NCBI RefSeq assembly: GCF_009914755.1
Contig: NC_060930.1
Strand: one strand, 5' to 3'
DNA length: 64,000 bases
Source of the DNA: the human T2T-CHM13v2.0 reference genome, Homo sapiens
The position numbers and the translations under genes are program-made. Positions 43,899 through 57,928 of this stretch are shown one piece after another. Position 1 is the first letter of the stretch, and each line of letters begins with the position of its first letter. The notes below the pieces were generated by a model. It had not been told where the DNA came from. It did not search any database and saw nothing but the letters and a program-made list of their open reading frames with translations.

Positions 43899-44460
43899 TA
43901 TAGATGGTTTTAACAAGTTGAGGAAGTTCTCTATTCCTCGTTGGCTGAGATTATTTATTATGAGTGGGTTTTGGGTTTTGGCAAATACTTTTTCTGTATC
44001 TATTGTTATGATCATAGAATTTTTATTCTTTGTGTACACAGTCTCTGAAAATAAGGATAGAGCAAAAATTAATATAAACAAAATTAAAATTTGTATTCTT
44101 TAGCTTGTTGATATGATGGACTACATTAATTGATTTTTGAATAAATGTTGAACCAGCCTTGAATACCTGTGCTAAATCTCATTTAGTCGTAGAGTATGAT
44201 TCTTTTTATACATTTATTTAATTTTCTAATATTTTATTGATCCTTTTATCTAATCAATGCCAGAGGATACAGTTTATATCAGAAAAGAAATGATTATAAA
44301 TCCATAGTTCAATTTTAATGTCATCTAGACAGATAGAACTTTTGATAGACTTCTGAAGTTTTCTGGGTATTTTACAGATTTCTCTTTTCTAGGAAATAAA
44401 CATTATCAAAACCTCTCAGCAAGCTGGAAATAGAAGAGAACTTCCTTAATTTGGCAAAGG

Positions 44461-45295
<835 letters not shown>

Positions 45296-45645
45296 TTCAC
45301 TGGCTCACAGTCCTGCAGGCTATACAGGAAGCATGACATCAGCATCTGCTTAGCTTTTGGTGAGGCCTCAAGGAGTTTTTACTCAAGGCAGAAGGCAAAG
45401 TGGGAACTAACGCATCACATGGTGAGAGCAGCAGCAGGTAAGGATTCCATACACTTTTAAACAACCAAATCCATGTGAACTCATAGAGTGAAAATGCACT
45501 CATTATTGCAAGGACAGCACCAAGCCATTTATGAGGGATCTGCCCCCATGAGCCAATCACCTCCCACCAGGCCTCACCTCCAACAACACTGGGGATTACA
45601 TTTCAACATGAGATTTGTAGGGAACACATACCCAAACCATATTAA
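45296..45645 (-). mobile_element. MST (MaLR) LTR, partial
   Basis: ggctcacagtcctgcaggctatacaggaagcatg...tttcaacatgagatttg...caaaccatat. Confidence 0.82.
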
Positions 45646-45686
45646 TGTGAAAATAGTGAATGGTTTTCACCTAAGTCTGAGAATAA

Positions 45687-46260
<574 letters not shown>

Positions 46261-47273
46261 TAGCCAACACTATATTGGAGATCTTCTGTTGATGAGATAT
46301 TTGCATATCCCAGGTCACCAAGACACTAAACTAAAAAGCACTAAACATTGAAAGAAAATATTGGTTAACTATGTTGAAAATACTGACCTAGCCAAAGATG
46401 AAGTCATTGATATTTGGATAAAAATTTGACTACAACTGAAATTTAACTAAAAAATTGTGATATTCTTTGAAAGAAATCTGCCTGTCTTGGCCTTGTAAAG
46501 TGAGCTGTCGAAACTTTAATTCCAGTCACAACAATATAGTTTGTGACTTGGGATTGTCAGCATTTGTGGCCATCCAAAAAAAAAAAAGATCAAAATTCAT
46601 CAGATAGCCAACATGACACATATTGCTTTGTCAAAGATCACCTCATAGTTTAATTCTCTTATTCAAGCTAAGCAACTACTGCTTTCATATTAATGTCTTT
46701 CAAAAATAAAATTTTGCTTACTTAGGCAAAATTTTAAATGTTTTTGTTTTTTAATTTACTAATAAAGAATGTATATATTACTATATCACAAATTTTAAAA
46801 ATATTTTGATAACTTTATTTCACTATACCTAGCTTTCCTTGTAATTCAACTTATTTCATTTTATGCATTTGAGAATATTATTCTAAAAAGGGCCCATAGG
46901 CTTCACTGGATTGTAAAAAGAGCCATTGCACAGAAAACCTAAGTACCTCTGAGCTCAAAAGGATGTGTTATCGTAGAAAACAGTATGGCCTGGCCACTCA
47001 CAGTTTTTCTGAAAAGCAAGTTGGAATAGCAGTGAATCTTTGAAAGTGACAGCAATGTGCCCTTCAAGTGTTGGAATTATCATGGGCAATCTCATGAGAT
47101 TGCTGACAATCTGAGTTTCTCATCATAGCAACTGGAAAACCACTTGCTGCTTGTTTTATAACAGATAACTTCATCATCTTATTAGCAGTGATTTAGGTTG
47201 GGAAGCTGCCTACATTCTTGTTTGTGACCCTGATGGGAGGTAACCTCAAATATCAAATTAGTCATTTCTCTAA

Positions 47274-47711
<438 letters not shown>

Positions 47712-48811
47712 TAAAGGAAGTAGTTTATATTGATATTTACAATCTAGCTGGAGCAGGTCCATGCTCCTACTAAAATTCTTAACTTCCTTTGAACTGAGTA
47801 TCTTTTACTAATCCTCTTCCTGAAGAAAGTAATATAGTTGTTTATGCTTTTCCCATAATTTAAGTTAAAAAAAATACAATATCCATGGAAATATCAATTC
47901 TTAATATAGTTGAAAACTTTTCCTTTAATTCTTCTTGGTTTTAGAAGGTAGCTAATTTGGTGGGATCTAACAAAGTGATGTAATTTAATCCTTTGGACTC
48001 AGGATCCAGCAATATGGAACTACACAACAGAGTAGCAGAAGGGGATTGGAAAGCAATAATGGTATTTTAAAAGTCATCTACCCAGGGACAGAGAGGATCT
48101 GCCCCAGGAAACTCCCAGGTCCTGCTGCCTATGGGAAGGAAGCATCCCACATGGAGGAGAGAGACTCAGACTCCATGTTGCTTCTGGGAATCTGGTGGGA
48201 GGGAGGAAGTCCACTGCGTGAAGGGACCAAGGTCTAATGGGGAAGGGGAGAAAGATTCTGCTTGTACTTCTGCTGTGAGCAGCTGAGTAGTAGATTGTGA
48301 CAGAGAAGCCGCACATTGAACCTCTGTCGTCCCAGAGTGCTGGAGAAAGAGGCATGTCTGAGCTTAGATGTCAGAGTCAGTGACTGTGCAAGAGGCCAGT
48401 TTCCTCATCCCCTGTGCATTCTATGTGCAGCCTCTGAAAACATACATTCTGTGTCCTGGATTGACTCGAATCTAAACCACTCTTATTATTTGTGGCTTAT
48501 TAAAGAGGCCAATATAGACTGATGGTCCTCCTATGGCCACAAAGAGATCACGGCAAAGTTGCAAGAAAGGATTCTGAGCTTTTGTAGCCTTCTCAGAAGT
48601 CCCCAGACCAAGAACTACTCCTTGGGCATAACAGGTGGCAGACAGCAAGAGGTAAACCTTTTGAGTGGACAGAGAGCCTTTATGTGAAATAGAGTTACAA
48701 ATATAAAAAGACAAAAAAAAATCCTGCCCACTTGTGGAACTTTGAGCAATTAATTTAACATGTTGAAGCTCCATTTTATTACCCATAAAAGGAGAATGAT
48801 ATTGCAGCATT

Positions 48812-49080
48812 ATCACAATAGTCAAGCTTTGGAATCCACCTAACTGTCCATCAATGGATGAATGGATAAAGAAAAAATGTGGAGAGTAGAATGGTGGTTA
48901 CCAGGGGCTGCCTGAAGGGTTACTGGAGAGGCTGATCAAAGAATATAAAATTTCAGCTAGATAGGAAGAATAGATTCAAGAGATTTACTGTATAATTTGG
49001 TGACTATAGTTAATAACAATGTATTGCATACTTGAAAATCACTATGTGAGTAGATTTTAAGCGTTCTCACCACAGAAAAA
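48812..49080 (+). mobile_element. L1MA-type 3'UTR fragments
   Basis: gtccatcaatggatgaatggataaagaaa and gtagattttaagcgttctcaccaca. Confidence 0.75.
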
Positions 49081-49335
49081 GTGGGGGTGGGGAGCAGATA
49101 ATAATATTTACCCTTCATGCTTTTGTGAAGACTTAACAATGTAACCTGAGTATTGGAATTCAATTGTGCTCAAAACCTGACTGCCACTTACTTGGACATG
49201 AATGATCTTAAGCAAATTATTCAGCCAGGTTAAATATCACATTAAGTTTTCTTACCAATAAGATGAAATATTAATAGTCATTTAACAGCATAATCCAAAT
49301 GTGCCAGGATGCCTATGACAAGGTCCCTCTGTTTT

Positions 49336-49640
49336 CTTTCTTTTTTTTCTTTTTTGAGACAGAGTTTTGCTCTTGTTGCCCAGGCTGGAGTGCAATGGCG
49401 TGATCTCAGCTCACTGCAACCTCTGCCTCCAAGGGTTCAAGAGATTCTCCTGCCTCAGCCTCCCAAGTAGCTAGGACTCCAGGCGCCCGCCACCACACCT
49501 GGCTAATTTTGTGTATTTTTAGTAGACATGGGGTTTCACCATATTGGCCAGGCTGGTTTCAAACTCCTGACTTCAGGTCATCCACCCGCCTCGGCCTCCC
49601 GAAGTGCTGGGATTACAGGTGTGAGCCACCGCGCCTGGCC
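49336..49640 (-). mobile_element. AluSq/Sp-like
   Basis: Full dimer with TSD GGTCCCT(CT)GTTTTC. Confidence 0.93.
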
Positions 49641-49825
49641 GGTCCCTGTTTTCACCCCGCATTCACCTAAAAGCAGGTCTCAGATTTTTAATTCAGCCCA
49701 CCTAAATAAATCTATCTCAGCAAATTTAAAGAAAAATTGATATTTTATTAAAGACTTTGTGATAAGATATAAAATAGGTTCTCATCACAAAAGAAACTTA
49801 AATATATATTATCCATTAGATAGCT

Positions 49826-50430
49826 CCAGTGGTGTGCTGGTAAATGTTCAACAACTGACTCTTAAAGAAAAATGCATGCATTTATATACATACATATTTA
49901 TTATAAATTTTTCTGATATAAAAGATTGTTACACACAATTTACTATTTGTAAATTTTACTATTGGTTCCTACAGACTGCTTTCATTGATTTTTGCAGAAC
50001 TTTTGCAATCCATAGCCAACCTATGGTTCCGGCTGAACTGATTTGACAAATGGAGTTATATACCCATTTATTTTCTAATAAATCAATAACGTATTGTTAT
50101 TGGATGTAATATGTAATCTATTATTAAAGTATTTGTCACCCTATTATATAATGAGTGTAGTACAGGCTATAGTCATTAAATTAAAACCTAGTTTTAGCAC
50201 TAGATATATTGTTCATCAATGATGTGAGTGAGATTTTTCCTGAGTCAGAAAATAGTTTTCTAATATGTACTGAAATAATATTTTCTCAATTTGGGGGGCT
50301 ATTCCCAATGTAATGGATATTAGCACCACACACTTTTAAGTTTATTCTGCATTATTTTGACATTTTCTTCATTACTTTCTTAAGTCTAATCAACTGATGA
50401 AACAATAAATAAAGCCCTGATTTGTATGTA
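49826..50430. mobile_element. hAT DNA transposon remnant (MER63/Blackjack-like)
   Basis: Terminus CCAGTGGTGTGCTGGTAAATGTTCAACAACTG. Confidence 0.6.
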
Positions 50431-51149
50431 AATTTTTGCCTGTATATTTTTCTTTCCTCATGGACTTGGGAAATTTTCTATGATCCTCATGGCTTTGCAG
50501 CTACTTACTGTATGCACCCTCACCTTGTTTGCAGCATTATCAGCTCCAGGACAGCCGAAATCCTTCTTGGTTCTTTCATACTATCGCCCACTGTGTCTAA
50601 AGTAGATTTTAAGTTAGTGTTACTTGAATTGCAAGTACTACTACCACTGAAGCAGCAACTCTGTTTCCATTGCTTGGGGAGAAGACCAAAAACACACATT
50701 AAACACCTGGAGAAAAAAAGTAAAACCACATTAAAGTGAGATTGTAGGAACTGACCAGAAATTTAGAAAAGAGAAAAACTCACTGCTGTGTGAAGAAGTC
50801 AAAGGAACTTCATGTTGACTTGAACAAGAAATTAAAGGAACCCCGGGCCTTGGCCTAAGGACAGACTGGAAATGGTGGTTTGGAGAGAAGAAATGAGGAC
50901 AAAGGGAATGTGTGAGGAACAGTGGAAGGTAAAGTTGGCTGGATAAAATGAGACTTCAAAATGCCAGTTTGCGAAGCTTGAACTTGGTGCAATAAACAAT
51001 CAAAGGCCATTTTAGATGTATATGAAAACAAATGGCATGGAAATGATATTGAAGCAGAAATCTGGTAGCATCCCCAGAACAGGAATTTCAGAAACTATTG
51101 CAGTGGCTTAGGTTTAAAAGACAAGAAACAACAAATGATCAGTTCCCCA

Positions 51150-52085
51150 GTGATCAGTGATAGGTCATGTTGATACCGTGTACCCACAGATACCAGGCAA
51201 TGAGAAAGGCACATAATCTCTGTAGCATTCTTCCTAAACAGCCACAGCTTCAGTCCAATCATGAGAAAACATCAGACAAACCCAAACTGAGGGATAGTAT
51301 ACAGAAACCAGTACTGTTCAAAAGTGTCAAGGTTTTTGAAGACAACTGACTGAGAAACTGTCACAGATTAGAGGAGGCTAAGAACACAGGAAAACTAACT
51401 GCAATATGGTATCCTGAATTGGATCCTGGAATAGAAAACGGACATTAGTGGAACAGTTGGTGAAATTAAAATAAAATCAGTAACACAGTTAATAGTTTTG
51501 TATCACTGTTAAGTTTTTAGTTTCATTGGTTATATAAGCTGTTAACATAAGGCAATATGGGTGATGGGTATGTGGGAACTCCCTTCATTACCTTTGCAAC
51601 TTTTCTGTAAGTCTAAAATCATTCTTTTTTTAAGTTAAAACAGCAAAACTACCAGTTCTTTTACCTGCTTCTAGCAGGTGCTCAAAGAGGGACAGAGCAA
51701 AACCTTGCAAAGCATGACATTAGAGGGTGTCCCAGAAGCAAGGGTCTTCTGTAGCCCCAGGCACTGCTGCTCCCAAACTGCATGGCCTTTCTTGGCAAAT
51801 GATTTACAATCTCCGAACCTCAGGTCAATGTCTTAAAAACGGGCACAGAATGTCTTTTCAACAAATGGTACTAAGAAAACTGGATATCCACATGAAAAAG
51901 AGTAAATGTGGACTCATACCACATATGAAAATTAACTCAAAATGGATTAAAGGTCTAAGAGTTTAAATTATAAAACTCTTAGGAGAAAACATAGAGGAAA
52001 ATCTTCCTAACATTGTATTTGGCTATGACTTCACTGCGACACCGAAAGCACACGCGACAAAATAAAAATAAAATAAAATAAAATA
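51150..52085 (+). mobile_element. L1MC/MD 3' end (51150-51640) and an L1 ORF2 fragment ending in (AAAAT)n (51795-52085)
   Basis: aatcatgagaaaacatcagacaaacccaaa and aaaattaactcaaaatggattaaagg. Confidence 0.72.
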
Positions 52086-52449
52086 AGACCAGAAAAGCAA
52101 AGAAGGGCAGCATCCCTTCCCGTCCTGATAGCTGCCGGATTTTACCCCAATCGTGTTTCTGCTTCCAGGAGCTGTCCGCGCGTCGCCTCTGTTTTATCAC
52201 TAAGGTTTTAATTGTGAATAAACGAGGAACTGGATTCGAATGATTTCTTAGTTTCTGAGATTTTTTTGTCTAAGCATCGTAGACTTCGTGCGTTCTCAAC
52301 CCAATAGGAAGCGTCACATCTCAGTGAGCTTCGGCTCTCACAGCCCGAAACTGCAAGGAGCTCCTCTGCCCGGCCTCTCTTTACTCCTCCTCTCTGCCCC
52401 TCAGCTCGCTCATCTTTCTTCCCGCCCCCTCTCTTTTCCTTCTTTGGTT

Positions 52450-52938
52450 CTTTGAAGTGATGAGCTAGCGCAACCACAAACCATACATTCCTTTTGTAGA
52501 AAAACCCGTGCCTCGAATGAGGCGAGACTCAGAGAGGACCCACGCGCGGGGCGGACCCCTCCAATTCCTTCCTCGCGCCCCCGAAAGAGCGGCGCACCAG
52601 CAGCCGAACTGCCGGCGCCCAGGCTCCCTGGTCCGGCCGGGATGCGGCCGGTACCCGCTCCCCGCCGGGAACAACCTCTCCACTCTTCCTGCAGGGAGCT
52701 GGTGCCAGCCGACAGCCGCGCCAGGGCCGCTCCGGGTACCAGGGTCGGATCGGGTGACGTCGCGAACTTGCGCCTGGCCGCCAAGCCGGCCTCCAGGCTG
52801 AAGAAGGACCCGCCCCGGCCTTGACCCGGGCCCCGCCCCTCCAGCCGGGGCACCGAGCCCCGGCCCTAGCTGCTCGCCCCTACTCGCCGGCACTCGCCCG
52901 GCTCGCCCGCTTTCGCACCCAGTTCACGCGCCACAGCT
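52450..52938 (+). promoter_or_regulatory. NT5E: NT5E TATA-less GC-rich promoter and 5'UTR
   Basis: TCF/LEF-like CTTTGAA 52450, RUNX AACCACA 52472, CCGTG 52506, GC boxes at 52548, 52809 and 52831, CRE-like TGACGTCG 52755-52762. No TATA box. Confidence 0.85.
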
Positions 52939-53400
52939 ATGTGTCCCCGAGCCGCGCGGGCGCCCGCGACGCTACTCCTCGCCCTGGGCGCGGTGCTGTG
53001 GCCTGCGGCTGGCGCCTGGGAGCTTACGATTTTGCACACCAACGACGTGCACAGCCGGCTGGAGCAGACCAGCGAGGACTCCAGCAAGTGCGTCAACGCC
53101 AGCCGCTGCATGGGTGGCGTGGCTCGGCTCTTCACCAAGGTTCAGCAGATCCGCCGCGCCGAACCCAACGTGCTGCTGCTGGACGCCGGCGACCAGTACC
53201 AGGGCACTATCTGGTTCACCGTGTACAAGGGCGCCGAGGTGGCGCACTTCATGAACGCCCTGCGCTACGATGCCATGGTAAGACCCGAGCCCGCGCCCGG
53301 GATAGTAGTCCCGGACTGAGAGAGGAGCCGGGCTGGAAAAGCAGCGGATGGCAGAGTGTGGCAAGCCTAGGTCCAGGGCGCGGAGAGATGTGGGGATAAA
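52520..53400. other. CpG island over the NT5E promoter and exon 1
   Basis: Abrupt high GC and CpG density against a CpG-poor background. Shores extend to ~52030 and ~53760. Confidence 0.92.
52939..53277 (+). CDS. NT5E: NT5E (CD73, ecto-5'-nucleotidase) coding exon 1, residues 1-113
   Basis: Signal peptide MCPRAARAPATLLLALGAVLWPAAGA, then mature WELTILHTNDVH (metal ligands D36/H38), LLLDAGD (D85), C51/C57 and an N53 sequon. Phase-0 donor ATG|GTAAGA at 53277/53278. Confidence 0.99.
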
Positions 53401-53617
53401 GTGAGACTCCGGCCAGTGTGCCAGCTGGATGCATAGAAGTCCCTTGGACGATTCGTCTTAAACGGACGTTATTGCGCCCCCACTATGAGATGGGAGTATT
53501 TAGAGGAGCAGGACCCAGTCCTGCCTGCGAGGGGCTTAAGGTGGGGTGCGTAGAAGCACTGACAGTTATCCAGAGCTAGGGACTGAATCGGATCCCTCAC
53601 GCAGCTCTCATTTACTG

Positions 53618-53679
53618 CTAGATCTTTCAAAGAATGCTTTATCTCAATCTAGATCTTTCGAAAAATGCTTTATCTCAAT
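53618..53679 (+). repeat. 31-bp tandem duplication
   Basis: CTAGATCTTTCAAAGAATGCTTTATCTCAAT followed by CTAGATCTTTCGAAAAATGCTTTATCTCAAT (2 mismatches). Confidence 0.93.
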
Positions 53680-54014
53680 CTTATTGAAAGGGAAACCGCG
53701 TCGAAGAAGCTGAATAAATTAACAGGCACCATCCCCGCAAAAAGGGAGACGTGATAAGAATGGACACCAGATCTCTTTGACCCCGGAGCTTGAGAGTAAT
53801 TAAGCTCACAGCTTTGGGGTAGATTCTCTGTTCAATTACCTTCTATGTGACCTTGAGCAAGTTATTTACTCTTTCTTGCCTCAGTTCTATCCTGTATAAA
53901 AATAAGGATTATAATTGTACATAGTGCACATAGTGTGGTCTCTATATTATTACCAGACACATAGTGTGGTGTCTATATATGTTGTTATTACCAGACACTA
54001 TAATATAGGGTTAA

Positions 54015-54058
54015 GAAAAGGAAAGAAAGAAAGAAAGAAAGAGAAAGAAAGAAAGAAA
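54015..54058 (+). repeat. (GAAA)n-type purine repeat downstream of a MIR fragment
   Basis: Seen directly. MIR core tgtgaccttgagcaagttattt at ~53846. Confidence 0.85.
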
Positions 54059-56589
54059 CTTCAGAGAGAGCCAAAATGTGGAAAGACTTGGGTTTCAAAG
54101 GATTTCAATAAAGTAGGTTTGGCGGCAGAGATTTAGGAAGAGTCCAACTTAAGAGATAATGGGCTCTTAAAACATGTGCAAAAGTTTAGTTCAAAGTCCC
54201 AAATGTTAGGTTAAAGGTAATGCCTTTTCTATTGCACTAAATTCTAGAAAGGGAGCAGAGGTGGTTGCACAGTAATAAATAAGTACAACCAAGATGTATA
54301 TATGGTGGTTAAAAAAAAAATAAAACCACCACCCAAATTTAACCCTGTGTAAAAGCCTTGAGTAAAGGGATTCAGCAAGACTGTGGAGAAACTTGGGAGA
54401 AGAAAAAAGAGCTTTGGAAGAGGAAGAACTGAGAAATCTCCAGAGAAACGTCCAGAGAAATCTGTGAAGTCCACAAGTGTGGAAGGGAAAGGGAAGTGTG
54501 ATTAGGCTGGGATACAGAAGGCTAACAGTACACTTTATATGAGAAGAGCTTAGAGGTCAGGAGAGCACAATGCTGAGGGGTTTGTTTGGTTTTATTTTCC
54601 CCTCTGGAAACTTGGAGAAAGGAGGACAGGAAAAGATGATAAGAGGGCACCATTGTTTGGTTTTAAAGGTCCCTCCCCAACCCCCCACAACAAGAAAGCT
54701 CATTTTAATGAGATGAGAGAAGGGGAGAAAGCTCCCTCCGTTCTGATGCTTTTGAGCTTATCAGGGACACCCTGCAGCAGAAATTCCAGCTGATCCTTCA
54801 GCCTTCAGAGTTGATGAGGTGGGGCTCACACACATCTGGATTTGAAGAAGAATCGTGGGTTTCAAGAACTCTGTGGTCTCTTAAGCATTGGTATTCCACA
54901 GCTACACTTCCCTGATACTTTGCACTCAGTAATGACAAAATAAATATTTGTAGAATTGAGTTGTTGCTACCCTGTGTCTCCACTTCCTCCCAGAAGGGTA
55001 GAATAAACTTACATGTGTTTGTTTTATTTTGCATATAAACCACGACTTTGTAAACTTTACTTTTTGTGACACTCTTTTCTCCACAATTGTGTGAACCCTT
55101 TTTAGTGGAAAAATAAGAATGAAGAATTCCTAGTTTTCCCTAATAATATTTCCCTCTTGTAAGTCTAGTTGAGCTCCTGGTGTTAATCATGGTATCAAAT
55201 GTTTATGACAGGACATCTAGGTGAGGCCTGAGTAAACTGCTGTAAGTTACAGCCTATCTCTTCTGTGTTTGTTCAGAATCCTTTTTGTTGGATGAAATTA
55301 CTTTCTTTCAAATTTTGCTCAAGAAAATTGAATTGGGTTCTGAGGAAAAATAGGCTACTTACGTAATGTTGGCAGGGGGTAAAGATTGGGAGCGGATCAC
55401 ATGGCAAGGTTAGATGGCTGTGTCCTCAGGACTTACTCTGTGCAGTTTGGGGGTGTGTCAAACATGATTTGACGTGCATAAAATCCCAGTTCTGTAGTGC
55501 TAAAGCATGTGCTAAAGCTCTGCTGTACTCCAGTATTGCACAGATGTTTCACTGTCAATTGTTTATATTATACTAACCCTCAGAGAATTTATTGCTGTTG
55601 TGGTATAAACGTTCCTCCACTGTAACCACTCACCGCATATTGATTCCTAGGACACTGGGGATTCAAATCAGGGTGGAAAACAGTTGTGGAGGGGCATCTC
55701 CAGTTTCCTGGAGACTGGACCTAGTTCAAAGGAGCCACATAAAAGGACTGAAGCATATGGAGGACAAAGAGGAATTTCCTAGAATCCAGCTAAAACACAG
55801 GAGTCCCCTCGAGCAGGAACTTCCAAGGAGGTGTACACTTTCTAGACCTACTGGAGTAATCCTGATTGCTGTAGAGGACCCAGGGCAATCCTGGAGACCC
55901 CCTGGAACCACTACTAGGCAGAAAACTGGGAAGAGGATGGCAAAACTCTCCAGTTAGTGTAGCTGTCTCAGTGGAAGGACTGTTGTCCCCTGAGGCACGA
56001 GGAAGACAGCATGGAAGCACTGACAGTATGCGCTTGGCCTGGTTACTTTCTCTGAGCTTCATGTTCCTTAGCTGTAAAACAGGAGTGATAACCCCCATCT
56101 TGCAGAGGTTTTGTGAGGAATACATGAGATAATCCCTGCTGGTGCTCACTGAAAGTGAGTTTCATGTGCCCTGGGTGGGGAGGAGGGGAATTGTGAGGAA
56201 GGGAAGGTTTGGGTTGTGCATCAGATTATCTGATTCTCACAGCCTGGCACAGTCTACCACCTGCCTGCCCTCTACCATCTTACCTAAGTACCATTGACTA
56301 AACTATTTTTGTTATAGTTACTCATTGAGCAGACTTATGAAATCTCCCCACAGCACAAAACTGAAGGTATCCACCTCCAGAGGTGAGATTCTCACCAAGA
56401 CAGGCTGTGGGGAAGGTAGCTTTGAGCAGGTCTCTAGGGTCCCCTAGAAAGGTGCCTTTTCTCTGCTTGGCTGCTGCTTCTGAGGCCCTGGCTGCTGAGC
56501 CCACTTCCTGCCCATAAGGCTGCAGCCTTAGCCCTAGCCAATTGCTCCTAAATGGGGGAGGCAGCAGCCAGGGTGGGAACCATGGCCCC

Positions 56590-57540
56590 CGCCTTTAACT
56601 CACCCAGGGGACAGGTTAGTCAGATAGATGGTCCTTTGTTCGCCACCCTCCACCTCCCACATAGACAACATTCTAATGTGTTTGATGGACTGCATATAGT
56701 TTTGTTTCTACATGCACTTTCAAAACCTTTGTGTGCTTATATTTTATAATGGCATACCCAGTCCTGTTATTTAGCCCTTTCTGTTTCTTACTTTTGTCCT
56801 GAACTTATTGTTTTTATGATTTGTCCATGTTGCCCTAGATGCCCTTATACCTATACATCACTGTGAATTGTGCTCTGTGTATTTTACCCATCTCCACGTA
56901 TTTTACCCATCTGCTCCCTGGCTGATGGGTTTGGAGATGGCGTCTAACACCCTGCCTCCACAAATAATGCTGCTCCAGATATCTTCCTGGATGGTCTCAC
57001 CAGATGATTTCTACCCAGGAGCAGAATTGCTGGCCACAGGGCATACTTTGAGTACTACAAGACTGGTTTCCTCAATGACTGACATCCTCCATTCTCTTCC
57101 ACCTACTCCCATCCCCAAACAGGACATGTAAATTTCTATATTTTACCTATATATCATGGCAGTATCCAGCTTTATTGTAGGTGTAAAATACACATTGCTG
57201 CTTTATCATGTACTTTTCTAATAACTAGTGAGTTTGGACATTTTTTGATATGTTTGTTAACTTTTTAAGCTTCCTCTTCTCTAATTGCTTATTCATATTC
57301 TTTGGTATTTTTTAAATTGGGTTAGCTTTATATTTTTTGACTTTCAGGAGTTATAGGTTTTGATCTGTGATCAATTTTAGACATTGCAAATATATTATGA
57401 TGATATTAGGTCTATTAATTTTGTCCATGGTATCTTTCATTGAACAGAAATTCTTCATTTCTTGTAATTGAATTAATCTTTTTTTCCTTGTGGCTTGTGC
57501 TTTTGAAAGTTTGCCTAATAGTTTGCTAATTTAAAGCTTA
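56590..57540 (-). mobile_element. Degraded L1ME-type fragments
   Basis: T-rich antisense L1 3' motifs (gtatctttcattgaacagaaattctt). Confidence 0.55.
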
Positions 57541-57928
57541 TCACCTTTAACACTCCTCACTGGAAATTCAGAGATCACCACGGTTCTCTCTGCCTTTTAA
57601 GAGATAAATCTACAATCTGTGGCTATGCAATTCACTTCTCAGCATCACCAGTTCCTCATCTATAAAATAGAAGTTTGAACCAGCTTACCTCTGAGGTCCC
57701 ATACATATTTGAACAACTGGAGCCCTACAGTGAAATGTTTTGATTCAGTGAAGGGACAGGAGGATGGGGCAAAGGTGTAGAGGCAGGAATCTACACAATG
57801 GACCAGGTTGGACCAGAGTGAGGTAGCAGGAATCATGGCAGAAGAGGTTGTGTAAACTCTAAAGGCCACCTGAGAAGTTTGAGTTATGTTGCCATGGGCA
57901 GCCATGTGGTTTCTGCGTAGAAGACCAC

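Noticed and set aside
53278-53319. C-terminal VRPEPAPGIVVPD of ORF 52939..53319
   Set aside because: Read-through past the GTAAGA donor into intron 1; not part of CD73.
52410-53434. Long overlapping ORFs (130-192 aa) around the promoter and exon 1
   Set aside because: Stop-codon scarcity in a GC-rich island. These are alternative or antisense frames of NT5E with no recognisable homology.
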